64,000 bases of DNA from a bacterium. GTDB lineage: Bacteria; Electryoneota; Electryoneia; Electryoneales; Electryoneaceae. This document shows positions 19,078 through 29,390 of the stretch, one piece after another (position 1 is the stretch's first letter; each line of letters starts with the position of its first letter). The stretch lies in assembly GCA_963675295.2 (NCBI GenBank), contig CAXXKJ010000002.1, positions 4,384,001 to 4,448,000 on the forward strand, written 5' to 3'. The translations under genes were made by a program, and so were the position numbers. The notes below the pieces were generated by a model. That model saw only the letters and a program-made list of their open reading frames with translations. It searched no databases and was not told the origin of the DNA.

Positions 19078-21063
19078 ATGCGTGTTCGCTACACGTTGAC
19101 ATTTTTCGCGCTGTTGTTGGGTTTGGCGGCATTCACGGGGTGTTCGCCGCGTGGATCGGCGGACCTGATTCCGTTGGACGTGCTGTTCGGCAATCCGACG
19201 CAGATTCAGGCACGTCTCTCGCCGGACGGCTCCGCGATGACGTATCTCGCGCCCCGGGATGGTGTGCTCAACATCTGGATCAAGCGATCCGAGATGGAGG
19301 GCGACCTGCCGTTGACCAATGATACCGGCGCCGGGATTCATTATCACATGTGGATGTTCGACAACAAGCACGTGTTGTACATCCAGGATCGTGACGGCGA
19401 CGAGAACTGGCGGGTGTACGCGATCGATGTCAAGACCGGCGAAACTCGTGACCTGATCCCGCGCGAGGAGACGGACGATCATCCGATCCGGTCGGAGGTG
19501 CTGGCGTACAGCGCGACGCATCCGGGCAAGGTGGTGATCGGCATGAACCGGCGCGACGAACGGGTTCATGATGCGTGGCTGCTGGACACTGACACCGGCG
19601 AGCTGACATTGCTGGCGAAGGGTGAAGTTTCGAACCTGCGCTGGATCATTGACAACAATCTTGATATCCGAGGCTGGATCCGTGCGAATCCCGATGGCGG
19701 CCGGACAATGCTGTTGCGCTGGGGATCGAGCGGTCCGTTCAAGGAAGCGATCACGTGGGAGCAGGAAGACGAACTGGCGTCCGGCTTTGTTGACTTCCAC
19801 ATCGACAACCGGACGATGTATCTGCTGGACAGCCGTGGGCGGAATGCGGCGGCGTTGTATGCCTACGACACCAAGACCGGAGAGCAGACGCTGCTCGCGG
19901 CGAACCCGATGTACGATGTCGCGAGGGTGATGCTGAATCCGCGGACGATGGAAGCGCAGGCGGTGATGTACATGGAAGAACGCATGCGCTGGGAAGCGAT
20001 CGACCCAGCCATTGAGCAGGATCTCGAGCGGATGCGGGATGCCGCGCACGGCGACTTCTTCACCACCTCGAAAACGCTTGACGACAACACGTGGGTGATT
20101 TTCTACGGTGTCGACAACGGGTCGGGTGTTTACTACAAGTACACGCGTGACAGCGGCAAGTTCGAGAAGATGTTCCTCACCTATCCCGACCTCGAAGGCC
20201 AGCCCCTGGTCGAAATGAAGCCGATCAGTTTCACAGCCAGCGACGGCATGGAACTGCACGGCTACCTGACCCTGCCGGAACACGTCGAAGCGCCGATGCC
20301 GCTGGTGCTGGTGGTGCATGGCGGCCCGTGGAAGCGTGACTACTGGGGCTTTGATTCGGACGCGCAGTGGTTGGCGAACCGTGGCTACGCCTGCCTGCAG
20401 GTGAATTTCCGTGGCTCTTCCGGCTACGGCAAGGACTACCTCAACGCCGGAAACCGTGAATGGGGTGGCAGAATTCAGCAGGATCTGACGGACGGCGTGC
20501 AGTGGGCGATCGACCAGGGCATCGCCGACCCGGAAAAGGTGGCAATTTACGGCGCATCGTTTGGTGGGTATGCGGCGCTTAGCGGCGCGGCGTTCACCCC
20601 GGACCTGTACAATTGCGCGATCTCGCTGGTGGGACCGTCCAGCCTGGTCACGTTGCTGAGTACCATCCCGCCGTACTGGACCTCGTACCAGCAGACATAC
20701 GACGCCCGCACGGGACGCCTGCCGCGTTACGATTCTGGCGAAAAAGCGGGCATGCCGAAGGCGGAAGCGGACTTCACCGAGCAGGACCGGGAGGATTACG
20801 AGTTCCTGGTCTCACGCAGCCCGTTGTATTCCGCCGACCAGATCAAGATTCCGATGCTGATCGCGCAGGGTGCGAACGATGTGCGTGTCAAGCAGCAGGA
20901 ATCGGAACAGATCGTGAAGGTGCTGAAGAAGAACGGGATAGAGGTCGATTACATGCTGTTCCCGGACGAAGGGCACGGGCTGATGAAACCGCAGAACCGG
21001 ATCGACTTTTTCCGTCGTGCGGACCAGTTCCTCGCGAAACATCTCGGGGGACGGGCGGAGTGA
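19078..21063 (+). CDS. S9 family (prolyl oligopeptidase / acylaminoacyl) peptidase, lipoprotein
   Basis: Lipobox FTGC, VHGGP, nucleophile GASFGG, QGANDVRV, DEGHG. Confidence 0.93.
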   Translation: MRVRYTLTFFALLLGLAAFTGCSPRGSADLIPLDVLFGNPTQIQARLSPDGSAMTYLAPRDGVLNIWIKRSEMEGDLPLTNDTGAGIHYHMWMFDNKHVLYIQDRDGDENWRVYAIDVKTGETRDLIPREETDDHPIRSEVLAYSATHPGKVVIGMNRRDERVHDAWLLDTDTGELTLLAKGEVSNLRWIIDNNLDIRGWIRANPDGGRTMLLRWGSSGPFKEAITWEQEDELASGFVDFHIDNRTMYLLDSRGRNAAALYAYDTKTGEQTLLAANPMYDVARVMLNPRTMEAQAVMYMEERMRWEAIDPAIEQDLERMRDAAHGDFFTTSKTLDDNTWVIFYGVDNGSGVYYKYTRDSGKFEKMFLTYPDLEGQPLVEMKPISFTASDGMELHGYLTLPEHVEAPMPLVLVVHGGPWKRDYWGFDSDAQWLANRGYACLQVNFRGSSGYGKDYLNAGNREWGGRIQQDLTDGVQWAIDQGIADPEKVAIYGASFGGYAALSGAAFTPDLYNCAISLVGPSSLVTLLSTIPPYWTSYQQTYDARTGRLPRYDSGEKAGMPKAEADFTEQDREDYEFLVSRSPLYSADQIKIPMLIAQGANDVRVKQQESEQIVKVLKKNGIEVDYMLFPDEGHGLMKPQNRIDFFRRADQFLAKHLGGRAE

Positions 21064-21067
21064 TTCC

Positions 21068-21156
21068 GGGCTGTGGGCTATGGGCTGTGGGCTACGGGCT
21101 ATAGGCTGTAGGCTAGGGGCTGAGACCTGAGATTTGAGATGTGAGGCTTGAGGCTT
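21068..21156. repeat. Degenerate heptamer tandem repeat (GGGCTGT-type)
   Basis: gggctgt gggctat gggctgt gggctac ... directly after the peptidase stop codon. Confidence 0.8.
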
Positions 21157-21257
21157 AAAAACTAGCTACATCGGGGACACTTACTCCGTTAAGTGTCCCC
21201 GATTTTACCTGTACAGATGTCTGTTTTCCTCAACCCTCACACCACATACCTCACACC

Positions 21258-22175
21258 TCAAAGAGGCTTCGCGACCACCTTGTCGAGCATGAACTGCGGT
21301 ATCAGCAGCAGGTTACGCTTCGAGTCATAGCCGATGTCGGCAGGCGATTCGAGGTCGGTGAACAGCGGCGTGATCACGTGTTCGGCGTCCATCACATAGA
21401 CGGTTTTCGCGTCCCAGCTGGTGAATGCGAACTGTCCGTCCTTGAGCTTGACAAGACCGTCCAATGAACCCATGGGTGCATCAGCAATCGAGGTGAACTC
21501 CCCATTGCGGTCGATCTGGAAGAAGCCGGTTCCACCGTACGGCACCATGTACAGCATGTCCTGATCCTCGATGATGCCGTTCGGGTTGGTCAAGGCAGCA
21601 TCGCGGACGATCGTATCGACAACCGGTGTCATCTCCTCGCCCTCGAACGTAATCGCGTAGATCCCGCCCGGTCCTTCGGTGCCGGTGTCGGTGACATAGA
21701 CTACACCCTTCGCCGCCCAGACATCGTTGGCGAAGGTGGCGTCCGGCAGCGGTACGTCCATGACCGCGGTGCCATCGGAGATGTTGAAGACGCGGAGGAC
21801 GTCAATGTCGGCGACCAGCAGCCAGTTGCCGTAGCGTGCCATGCCCTTGGGCGCGTTCAACGTGATACCCTTCGTGCCACCGGCGATCCACTTCGGGTCG
21901 ACGGTCTGGTCATCCGGCGTGATTTTGGAAATGAAACCGTTGTCGTCCTTCTGCAACGGTTGCGGGCCGCCGAGGTTGGAGACGTAGTACATGTCGGCCT
22001 GCTGGTCCCAGAGCACCGACTCGGGTGTCTGGAAGCCAGCATTTTCCAGCGTCCAGCCACTATGTGACATCGTTTCAGCATCTTCCGCTGGTTGCTGGTT
22101 ATCGGCTTTCTGGCAACCGGTGACAGCAAGCAGCACCACGAGGAGCAATGCGGGTAGATAGTGCAGAGTTCGCAT
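21258..22175 (-). CDS. SMP-30/gluconolactonase-like beta-propeller lipoprotein
   Basis: Lipobox VTGC, TPESV, YVSN, DDNGFISK, LNAPKGMA, FANDV, NPNGI, LDGL, PADIG. Confidence 0.85.
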   Translation of the reverse strand: MRTLHYLPALLLVVLLAVTGCQKADNQQPAEDAETMSHSGWTLENAGFQTPESVLWDQQADMYYVSNLGGPQPLQKDDNGFISKITPDDQTVDPKWIAGGTKGITLNAPKGMARYGNWLLVADIDVLRVFNISDGTAVMDVPLPDATFANDVWAAKGVVYVTDTGTEGPGGIYAITFEGEEMTPVVDTIVRDAALTNPNGIIEDQDMLYMVPYGGTGFFQIDRNGEFTSIADAPMGSLDGLVKLKDGQFAFTSWDAKTVYVMDAEHVITPLFTDLESPADIGYDSKRNLLLIPQFMLDKVVAKPL

Positions 22176-22423
22176 GATCAATCCCCCTTCAGTTAGTCCG
22201 ACATTCGAATGTATAACCTTGTCCCCCGGTCGAGGCAGGCTATAGACGTCCCGATTTTCAACCGGGGAGGTTGTCATCCCAGAAAAACTCGGGCAAAACG
22301 AAGATTTCTCTTTCCTGAAAAGTTAAACGCTCCTAACTTTGTCGACTACTCTAGTACAGGCAACGTTTTGCATAGCGGGTGGTGAACTGGGGTTCACCGC
22401 TGTCCATAGACCAGGGAGAAACA

Positions 22424-22828
22424 ATGGATCCAGCGATGTTGAATTATCCAGCGATCGTTGTTGCAGCGATTTCAGCGTTTGTCATCGGCGGATTGTGGTA
22501 TTCGCCACCCTTGTTCGGCAAGGGCTGGATGAGGGCGAACAACTTCAGCGATGACGACCTGAAGCGTGGCAGTCCGGCGATGATCTATGGGGTGGCGTTA
22601 GTCCTCACGTTGATCATCTCGTTCAACCTGGCGATGTTTCTCAACGATCCGTCGACGACATTGGTGTGGGGCTTGACGGCGGGCATTCTGGCTGGCATCT
22701 GGGCGGCGGCGGGGTTGTCGATTGTCGCGTTGTTCGAGCGCCGGCCGTTGAGTTATCACCTGATCAACGATGGGTATTTGCTGGTGGCGTTCGGGGTGAT
22801 GGGCCTGATTCTCGGCGCGTGGCGGTAA
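22424..22828 (+). CDS. DUF1761 domain membrane protein
   Basis: NYPAIVVAA, GGLWYSPPLFGKGW, four TM helices, LFERRP..YHLINDGY. Confidence 0.85.
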   Translation: MDPAMLNYPAIVVAAISAFVIGGLWYSPPLFGKGWMRANNFSDDDLKRGSPAMIYGVALVLTLIISFNLAMFLNDPSTTLVWGLTAGILAGIWAAAGLSIVALFERRPLSYHLINDGYLLVAFGVMGLILGAWR

Positions 22829-22907
22829 ATCATCCCCTTTCCGGAAGAACGAAACGGGCGGCTACGCGTTCGAGCCGCCCGATTCAGGGGAAGATCTTCA
22901 TACGACA

Positions 22908-24293
22908 TTATTTCATCAGGACCAGCTTGCGGCTCTGGTTGAGGTGGCCGGGCGAAACCGCGCGCACGATGTACACGCCGCTGGCCAGATTGGAACCGTC
23001 AACGCTGAATTCATGGGTTCCGGCGTTGCTGATGCCGTCCGCGAGCCGGGCAACTTCCTGACCGTGCATGTTGAAAACCGTCACTGTAAGTGGCGCGGCC
23101 TGCGGTAGGGAAACACGGACCTGCGCCGTGGGATTGAACGGATTCGGGTAAGGTTCGCTGAGAGCATAGTCCAGCGGTACTTCGATCGGAGTATCCTCGA
23201 GGGACGCGGTCTGCTGGAACGCTTCCATCCCGCCTGCCTGCCAGGAATTCACTGGCTCCATCTCATCCGGCGAAATCACGAGCTTGGTGAACGCGAAGGC
23301 GTCGATGTTCTTGATCGGCCAGCTGTAACTGCCAACCACCGCCTGCATGTAATAAGTGCCCGGCGGGGCGAATCCCGGAACAGATTGCGACAGGGTAACG
23401 ACCGGCGTACTGCCCGGCAACAGCGCGAGTCCGGTAAACAGCTGAGTCGGACCGAAAAGGTTCCCGTTCGGCAGTTGCACACGAATCCAGGCGTCATACA
23501 CCTGCGCAATACCGCCCCAGTTGTGCACCTGGGCGTTGTAGACGAAAGCACCGCCGACATTCGGCAACGTCACCGGGCCGGTAGTCCACGCTCTTACCTG
23601 CAGGTCCGCCGGAGTCTGCGGCAACAGGGTGTTGATATAATTCTCCATCAGGTTCGGATCGGCGAAGGTGCGGACCCATTCCTGGTCGGTGTTGGTCGCC
23701 ATCATCGCATGATCGGCGGTGGGTCGCAGAATCCAGCCATATTCCTTGTCCGCGTAGTGCTGAGTGGTTTCGACACCACTGACCGCGGACCCGTAGGCAC
23801 CATCCATGAACATCGGCATGTTCGAGATCGGGTAGGTGATGTTCGAGATTGGTCCGGACAGGTACATCGGCACGAGGTTTCCGGGATCGGCCCCCAACCA
23901 TGACCAGCTGATGCCGAACTGGAACAGCGCCTCTTCCCACGCGATGTTGCTCGAACCGGTCATGTCCCGTTCGCACTGCAGATACACCGGCACGCCAGCG
24001 TACAGGCATTCGATGATCATTTGCCGGCGCTGAAAGTTCATCGTCCCGACACCGGATGAAATGATCGCCAGATCACTCGGCGTGATGAAGCTGCCGTTGT
24101 CCAGCGCGGTCTGCGGATAGATGGTCACGTTGTGTCCCATCCCGGTCGCAACTGTCTGCCAGTTGATATCCATGATGTCATTTGCATTGAAACTCTGGCT
24201 TTCGATAATTGCGATGTTCGCCGCGAATGCGCCTGGTGCCAGCAGAGTACTGATCAGAACGCCGGCAATGAGTAGTTTTGTCCATCGTTTCAT
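22908..24293 (-). CDS. Secreted protein, tandem paralog 4, with Ig-like domain and FlgD/T9SS-like C-terminal tail
   Basis: Signal peptide. IIESQS..MD..W, PQTALD, ISSG, PVYLQCE, DQEW. Tail PYPNPFNPT...LASGVY...KLVLMK. Confidence 0.88.
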   Translation of the reverse strand: MKRWTKLLIAGVLISTLLAPGAFAANIAIIESQSFNANDIMDINWQTVATGMGHNVTIYPQTALDNGSFITPSDLAIISSGVGTMNFQRRQMIIECLYAGVPVYLQCERDMTGSSNIAWEEALFQFGISWSWLGADPGNLVPMYLSGPISNITYPISNMPMFMDGAYGSAVSGVETTQHYADKEYGWILRPTADHAMMATNTDQEWVRTFADPNLMENYINTLLPQTPADLQVRAWTTGPVTLPNVGGAFVYNAQVHNWGGIAQVYDAWIRVQLPNGNLFGPTQLFTGLALLPGSTPVVTLSQSVPGFAPPGTYYMQAVVGSYSWPIKNIDAFAFTKLVISPDEMEPVNSWQAGGMEAFQQTASLEDTPIEVPLDYALSEPYPNPFNPTAQVRVSLPQAAPLTVTVFNMHGQEVARLADGISNAGTHEFSVDGSNLASGVYIVRAVSPGHLNQSRKLVLMK

Positions 24294-24438
24294 GGTTTCC
24301 AGACTCCTTTCAGCTTTACTAGCCAGTTGAACGCTTCAAATTGTGGATTCCCTGGAGAAATGCATGGCAGACCGGATCGTGGACACAGCCGAACAGCCGC
24401 TGCGTGCAAATCAAGGCAGGCTTCCGGTCAGTCGAAAT

Positions 24439-24630
24439 GTTAGGAATACTTAAGATTCGCGCAAGTGTTTTGTAGGAAATTGATTAAAAAGATGTTAGGC
24501 GCTAACCTGTTGTGAATTAGATAGTCCTAACTTTTTCGGAGAGGGATGGTTGGCAACGAGCACGGGGCGTGAGTAACTCACGCCCCGGCACTCGAAAACA
24601 AGGTTGGATTGATATGGATGGGATCGACTA
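24439..24630 (-). promoter_or_regulatory. Duplicated intergenic module (terminator plus promoter), copy A
   Basis: Largely identical to 25701-25892. Hairpin cggggcgtgag-N3-ctcacgccccg and recurrent gttagg/cctaac motifs. Confidence 0.8.
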
Positions 24631-25656
24631 CAGCTTGGTGAAGGTGAGGGCGTCCAGATTGCGGCGGTTGACGCTCCATTGCCCGACGGTTCCTTGCAGG
24701 TAGTAGGTTCCCGGCGGCGCGAAACCAGGCACAAACTGGTTGAGATTCTGTACCGCCGAGGTGGCGTACCCGGGCATCGTCAGGCCGGTGAGGAACAGGT
24801 ACGGGCCAGTGAGGTTGCCGTTCGGCAGCTCGATCATGGTCCACGCATCAAAGGTTACCGGAAGCGGGCTGGTGTTGTAGGCGTAGGCCTGGAAGGTGAA
24901 CGCCCCACCTGCCGCCGGGATGGTGATCGGGGGATTGGGATTCATGACCCGCACCTGCAACTCGGTAGCATTCAAGGCCAACAGGTTGCTGATGAAATTT
25001 TCCATCAACTGGGTGTTGGTGAAGGTGTTGACCCATTCCTGATCGGAGGTGGTCGCGGCGAGGGTGATCGAGCCGGTTACCAGCGGACGAACGTACCAGC
25101 CGAATTCCTGGGCGCCGTAATGAAACAGCGTTTCGACCTCACGGCTGCCGGTGCCGAATGCTCCGTCGAGGAACCCGTTGACCTGGTTGACCGGATTCGG
25201 ACTGAAGGACGATGTCCCCGTCACTCGCATCGGACTCAGAGTGCCCAACGTGTTGCCGGTCCAGGAAAATGTGCCGGCGGCATCGGTAACAAGATCGACC
25301 CAGAGTTGACTGGTATCGAGGGTTGGATCGGCCTCGGTCTGCAGGTAAACCGGGATCCCGAAGTTGTAGGTCTGCCGAATGGTGTTCTGCCGGATCACCG
25401 ACAACGGGATGACGCCCGACGATATGATCAGTAGATCGCAGGTGGCCATGAACGACCCGGTATCCAGCGCGGTTTGCGGCAGCAGGGAAAAGGTGTGGCC
25501 CATACCAACCGCCACATTTGCCCAGTTCTGATCCATCAGGTGGGTCGGATTGATACTCGTGCTTTCAATGATCACCACATGTGCCGCGTTTGCAGCGGGT
25601 GCGACTGAGAAAACTACGAGTCCCAGCAGCAAGACAGCCATCACTAATCTACTCAT
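24628..25656 (-). CDS. Secreted protein, tandem paralog 3 (no FlgD/T9SS-like tail)
   Basis: Same motifs as its neighbours. Ends VPGFAPPGTY...LTFTKL. Confidence 0.88.
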   Translation of the reverse strand: MSRLVMAVLLLGLVVFSVAPAANAAHVVIIESTSINPTHLMDQNWANVAVGMGHTFSLLPQTALDTGSFMATCDLLIISSGVIPLSVIRQNTIRQTYNFGIPVYLQTEADPTLDTSQLWVDLVTDAAGTFSWTGNTLGTLSPMRVTGTSSFSPNPVNQVNGFLDGAFGTGSREVETLFHYGAQEFGWYVRPLVTGSITLAATTSDQEWVNTFTNTQLMENFISNLLALNATELQVRVMNPNPPITIPAAGGAFTFQAYAYNTSPLPVTFDAWTMIELPNGNLTGPYLFLTGLTMPGYATSAVQNLNQFVPGFAPPGTYYLQGTVGQWSVNRRNLDALTFTKL

Positions 25657-25700
25657 TGGTAACTCCCTCGAAGTGTTTCACCTGTTCAACGTTGCCAAAA

Positions 25701-25892
25701 GTTAGGAGCGCTTAAGATTTTTGCAAGTGTTTTGTAGGAAATTGATTAAAAAGATGTTAGGCGCTAACCTGTTGTGAATTAGATAGTCCTAACTTTTTCG
25801 GGGAGGGATGGGTGGCAACGAGCACGGGGCGTGAGATTCTCACGCCCCGTCCCTTGAGAACAATGTATGGTTGTTTGGAATGGGATCGACTA
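25701..25892 (-). promoter_or_regulatory. Duplicated intergenic module, copy B
   Basis: Direct repeat of 24439-24630. Confidence 0.8.
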
Positions 25893-26918
25893 CAGTTTGA
25901 TGAACCGGATGGTATCGAGATTGGTTCGTAAACCGGGAAAGCCGCCGATGGTCACCAGCTGGAAGTACGTTCCTGCCGGTGCGAATCCGGGAATGTTCTG
26001 GCTGATAGTCTGAGTTGGCGATGTGGTAAACGGTGGGAGAGTCACACCAGTGATGTTCCACTGCGGGCCGATCAGGTTGCCGTTTGGCAATTGGATCATC
26101 GACCAGACATCGAAGATGAACGGATTCGCGCTGTTGTTGTAAGCGTGTCCGTTGAAGGTGTATGTCCCCCCGGCGGATGGAACGGTGATCGGGGGTCCTG
26201 GCAGCCAGAGACGTACCTGCAACTCACTGGCGTTCCGATTCAACAGGTTATCGACGAAATTCACCATCAGTGACGGATCAGTCAAGATGCGGATCCACTC
26301 CTGATCGGAAGTCGTCGCGGACAGGTTGATCGCACCTGTAAAGACGGGATGCGAGTACCAGCCGAATTCCTGGTCGCCATAATGGAACAGGGTCTCGACT
26401 TCCTGGCTGCCGGTGCCGAACGCGCCATCCTGGAAACCGATCACCTGGTTGACGGGATTCGGGGTGTTGGACACAGTACCGGTGACACGCATCGGGGAAA
26501 GATTTCCGGACACGCTGCCATTCCAGGTAAACGTGCCGCCGTCGTCGCTAACGAGGTTGATCCATGTCTGGTTGGTGTCGAAGAGAGGGTTTGCCTCGGT
26601 CTGGATGTAGACTGGAATGCCCATGCTGTAGGTCTGGCGGATGATGTTCTGTCGTGTCACGGACAGCGGGATTTCGCCGGATGAGATGATCAGCAGGTCG
26701 GTGCCGGGGATGAACGCCGGGGTGTCGAGCGTTGTTTGCGGCTGGATGGACGCGGAATGGCCCATGCTGGTGACGACCGCCGCCCAGTTGGCGTCCATGA
26801 GGTGTGTTGCATTCCAGCTCTGGCTTTCGATGATAACGACATTTGCCGCCCGCGTGCTTGAAACCGTGGCGATGAGCAGCACTGTGGCTAAAATCATGGT
26901 GTGCAAACGGGTATTCAT
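25890..26918 (-). CDS. Secreted protein, tandem paralog 2
   Basis: IIESQSWN..MD.NW, ISSGEIPL, DQEW. Ends IPGFAPAGTY...IRFIKL. Confidence 0.88.
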   Translation of the reverse strand: MNTRLHTMILATVLLIATVSSTRAANVVIIESQSWNATHLMDANWAAVVTSMGHSASIQPQTTLDTPAFIPGTDLLIISSGEIPLSVTRQNIIRQTYSMGIPVYIQTEANPLFDTNQTWINLVSDDGGTFTWNGSVSGNLSPMRVTGTVSNTPNPVNQVIGFQDGAFGTGSQEVETLFHYGDQEFGWYSHPVFTGAINLSATTSDQEWIRILTDPSLMVNFVDNLLNRNASELQVRLWLPGPPITVPSAGGTYTFNGHAYNNSANPFIFDVWSMIQLPNGNLIGPQWNITGVTLPPFTTSPTQTISQNIPGFAPAGTYFQLVTIGGFPGLRTNLDTIRFIKL

Positions 26919-27023
26919 GTTCAAGATCCTTTTCCGGACAGGGTATGCCTTCCGGACGTTTACGCTGTAGTGCATGGGGCTTACTGGCTGCACCATGCAC
27001 CCGAATGACGTAGTGATTGTTGT

Positions 27024-28049
27024 TTAGAGCTTGACAACCCTCAGAGCATCGAGGTTTGTCTTGATGTTGTTCAGACTGCCGACGACCCCATGGAAGTAGT
27101 ACGTCCCGGCGGGAGCAAAACCGGGCAGGAACTGGTTCAGGGTCAGGGTGTTGGATGTGGTAAACGGCAGCAGAGTCAGGTTGGTCCATTGCTGTAACGG
27201 GCCGACGATGTTGCCATTCGGCAGTTGGATTTCGGTCCAGGCATCAAACAGCATCGGGACGAAGTTGTTGTTCCATGCGTTCGCGTTGCAGGTGAAGGTT
27301 CCGCCGGTACTTGGCACGGTAACGGGTGGGTTGTTCGACCAGACTCGAACCTGCAGGAAAGACACATTCCGGTTGAGCAGGTTGTCGATGTAGTTCTCCA
27401 TCAGGGTTGGATCGGAATTGGTGCGAACCCAGTCCTGGTCTGTGTTGGTGGCAGCCATGATGACAACCCCGACCCGTGGATAGTAGTACCAGCCGTACTC
27501 GCGATTATCGAAATGCAGGTTGGTTTCGATATCATTGCCGCCAGTGCCGGTCAGACCGCCGTCAAAACCGTTAAGCGTAGGTACTGTGTTTGGGATCTGG
27601 GACACGGTGCCGGTAATCTGCATTGGCTGCAGTAACGCCGTGGTGTTTGGTCCCCAGGTGAAGGTGCTGCCATACCAGTTGACAATCTGCAGCCATGTCT
27701 GGTTCGTTGACAGGGAAGCATTGTCCTCGCACTGGAGATACACCGGGATGCCCATGTTGAGGGCGTTGATAATCGTTTGCTGGCGGGTGGGAGTTAGTGG
27801 AATTTCGCCGGACGAGATGATCAGCAGGTCGCATGCTGAAAGGAAGTTGCCGGTGTCCAGATCCGTCTGGGGACGGATGGTCGGGGTATGGCCCATCGTG
27901 ATAGCGACAAATGTCCAGTTCTGGTCCATGACATCGTTTGGATTCCAGCTCTGGCTTTCAATGATATCCACCTGTGCCGCGGAGACCCGCTGCACACAAC
28001 AAAAAACGGCGATCAACACAATCGCGAGTACTGCAACAAGACCGCGCAT
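27024..28049 (-). CDS. Secreted protein, tandem paralog 1
   Basis: RBS ggagga. Same motifs. Ends LPGFAPAGTY...LRVVKL. Confidence 0.88.
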   Translation of the reverse strand: MRGLVAVLAIVLIAVFCCVQRVSAAQVDIIESQSWNPNDVMDQNWTFVAITMGHTPTIRPQTDLDTGNFLSACDLLIISSGEIPLTPTRQQTIINALNMGIPVYLQCEDNASLSTNQTWLQIVNWYGSTFTWGPNTTALLQPMQITGTVSQIPNTVPTLNGFDGGLTGTGGNDIETNLHFDNREYGWYYYPRVGVVIMAATNTDQDWVRTNSDPTLMENYIDNLLNRNVSFLQVRVWSNNPPVTVPSTGGTFTCNANAWNNNFVPMLFDAWTEIQLPNGNIVGPLQQWTNLTLLPFTTSNTLTLNQFLPGFAPAGTYYFHGVVGSLNNIKTNLDALRVVKL

Positions 28050-28388
28050 CGGGTCCTCCATCGTTTGGGTGAGCAGAAACAGTAACCATCCGAAAAGTTA
28101 GGAATGGGTAAGATTTGAACAATGGGTGGCTTTGCCAATTGTTAAGGTTGTGTTTTATGCTAACTCATTGATAATTAGGTATACCTAACAAAAATAGAGA
28201 GCCAGAGGACGGCTCCAGGTACCTAGGGTCTGGAAACGGCGAACCATTCGCGCCGCCGGATTGTTCGCTGAAAATGTGGAGACGCGAGAGACGGCGATTT
28301 CGAACTCCACCTCTGGGTTTGATCTTTGTTTGTGCAGGTTGGATCGCACGAACACACGGGAGAGAGTTCGTTGGCGGCAGGAGTTGGC

Positions 28389-28955
28389 ATGTCGTGGTGG
28401 GCGCTGGGTGCGCTGGCGGTGGCGTTGGGGATGGACGCGTTCGCGGTGGCGGTCGCGGCGGGGATGGGACCGTTTCCGGTAACCCGTCGGCGTCTGTTCC
28501 GGCTGGCGTTCCATTTCGGCCTGTTCCAGGCGTTGATGCCGGTGATCGGGTGGTTCGCGGGAACGTGGATTCGTGTCATCATCATGGCATGGGATCACTG
28601 GATCGCGTTCGGTCTGCTGCTGTTCATCGGCGTACGGATGATCTACGAAGCGTTGCAGCCGGACGAGGGCCGCCACAAGCAGCATGACCCGACGAAGGGC
28701 TGGGACCTTGTGCTGCTTTCGGTCGCGACCAGCATTGACGCGCTGGCGGTGGGGATAAGCCTTGCGTTGGTCGGAACGACGATTGTGACACCGTCGATTG
28801 TGATTGGTGTCGTGGCGGCGGCAATGACGTTGACCGGGATGCTGCTCGGTGGACGGATTCCATTCCTGACCGGTCCCCGGATCGGTGTGGTCGCGGGGCT
28901 GGTGCTGATCGGGATCGGGCTGAAGATACTGGTGCAGGATTTGATCGGGATGTGA
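28389..28955 (+). CDS. mntP: Manganese efflux pump MntP family protein
   Basis: ALGMDAFAVA, FGLFQALMP, WDHWIAFGLL, ATSIDALAVG. Confidence 0.92.
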   Translation: MSWWALGALAVALGMDAFAVAVAAGMGPFPVTRRRLFRLAFHFGLFQALMPVIGWFAGTWIRVIIMAWDHWIAFGLLLFIGVRMIYEALQPDEGRHKQHDPTKGWDLVLLSVATSIDALAVGISLALVGTTIVTPSIVIGVVAAAMTLTGMLLGGRIPFLTGPRIGVVAGLVLIGIGLKILVQDLIGM

Positions 28956-28960
28956 TTGGT

Positions 28961-29063
28961 TGGGCTGTGGGCTGTGGGCTGTGGGCTGTGGGCTGTGGGC
29001 TGTGGGCTGTGGGCTGTGGGCTGTGGGCTGTGGGCTGTGGATTGCGGATTGCGGATTGCGGAT
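28961..29063. repeat. Heptamer microsatellite (GGGCTGT)x~11 followed by (ATTGCGG)n
   Basis: Directly visible after the mntP stop codon. Confidence 0.92.
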
Positions 29064-29269
29064 TACGTTTTCTGAAGGTGTGGCCCGGCGTGGTCGGTTT
29101 CAAGTCAGGTATCATGGTGTACCGCAGCTGGATGTGTGATGTGGGACGTGAGATGTGGGGTGTGAGATGAAAAACCGGGGACACATAACGGAGTATGTGT
29201 CCCCAGTTTGGTTTGTATCCGGGTCCATCTGTATCGGGTCTTAACTATACCCGCTTTCGTTTGATGTCC

Positions 29270-29390
29270 TATCTGTTCCTGTCTGTTCCTGTCTTTTACT
29301 ATTTTTTACTGTCTTTTCCTATCTTTTACTTTCTTTTCCTGTCTTTTACTTCTTTTGCGTCTTTTGCATCTTTTGCATCTTTTGCGTTTT
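29270..29390. repeat. Pyrimidine-rich 9-10-mer degenerate repeat (tcttttgc(g/a), tcttttact)
   Basis: Downstream of the S8 protease stop. A similar nonamer tract lies at ~50810-50916. Confidence 0.7.

Noticed and set aside
22908-28049. Diversity-generating retroelement acting on the paralog array
   Set aside because: No reverse transcriptase, and no template/variable repeat pair differing only at adenines.
28190-28388. yybP-ykoY manganese riboswitch upstream of mntP
   Set aside because: The expected conserved motif could not be recognised by eye. A cmscan would be needed.
28952-29170. ORFs with repeating WAVGCGL / PQPTAHS peptides (and VASFAS at 50792-50983)
   Set aside because: These are translations of non-coding heptamer and nonamer tracts.
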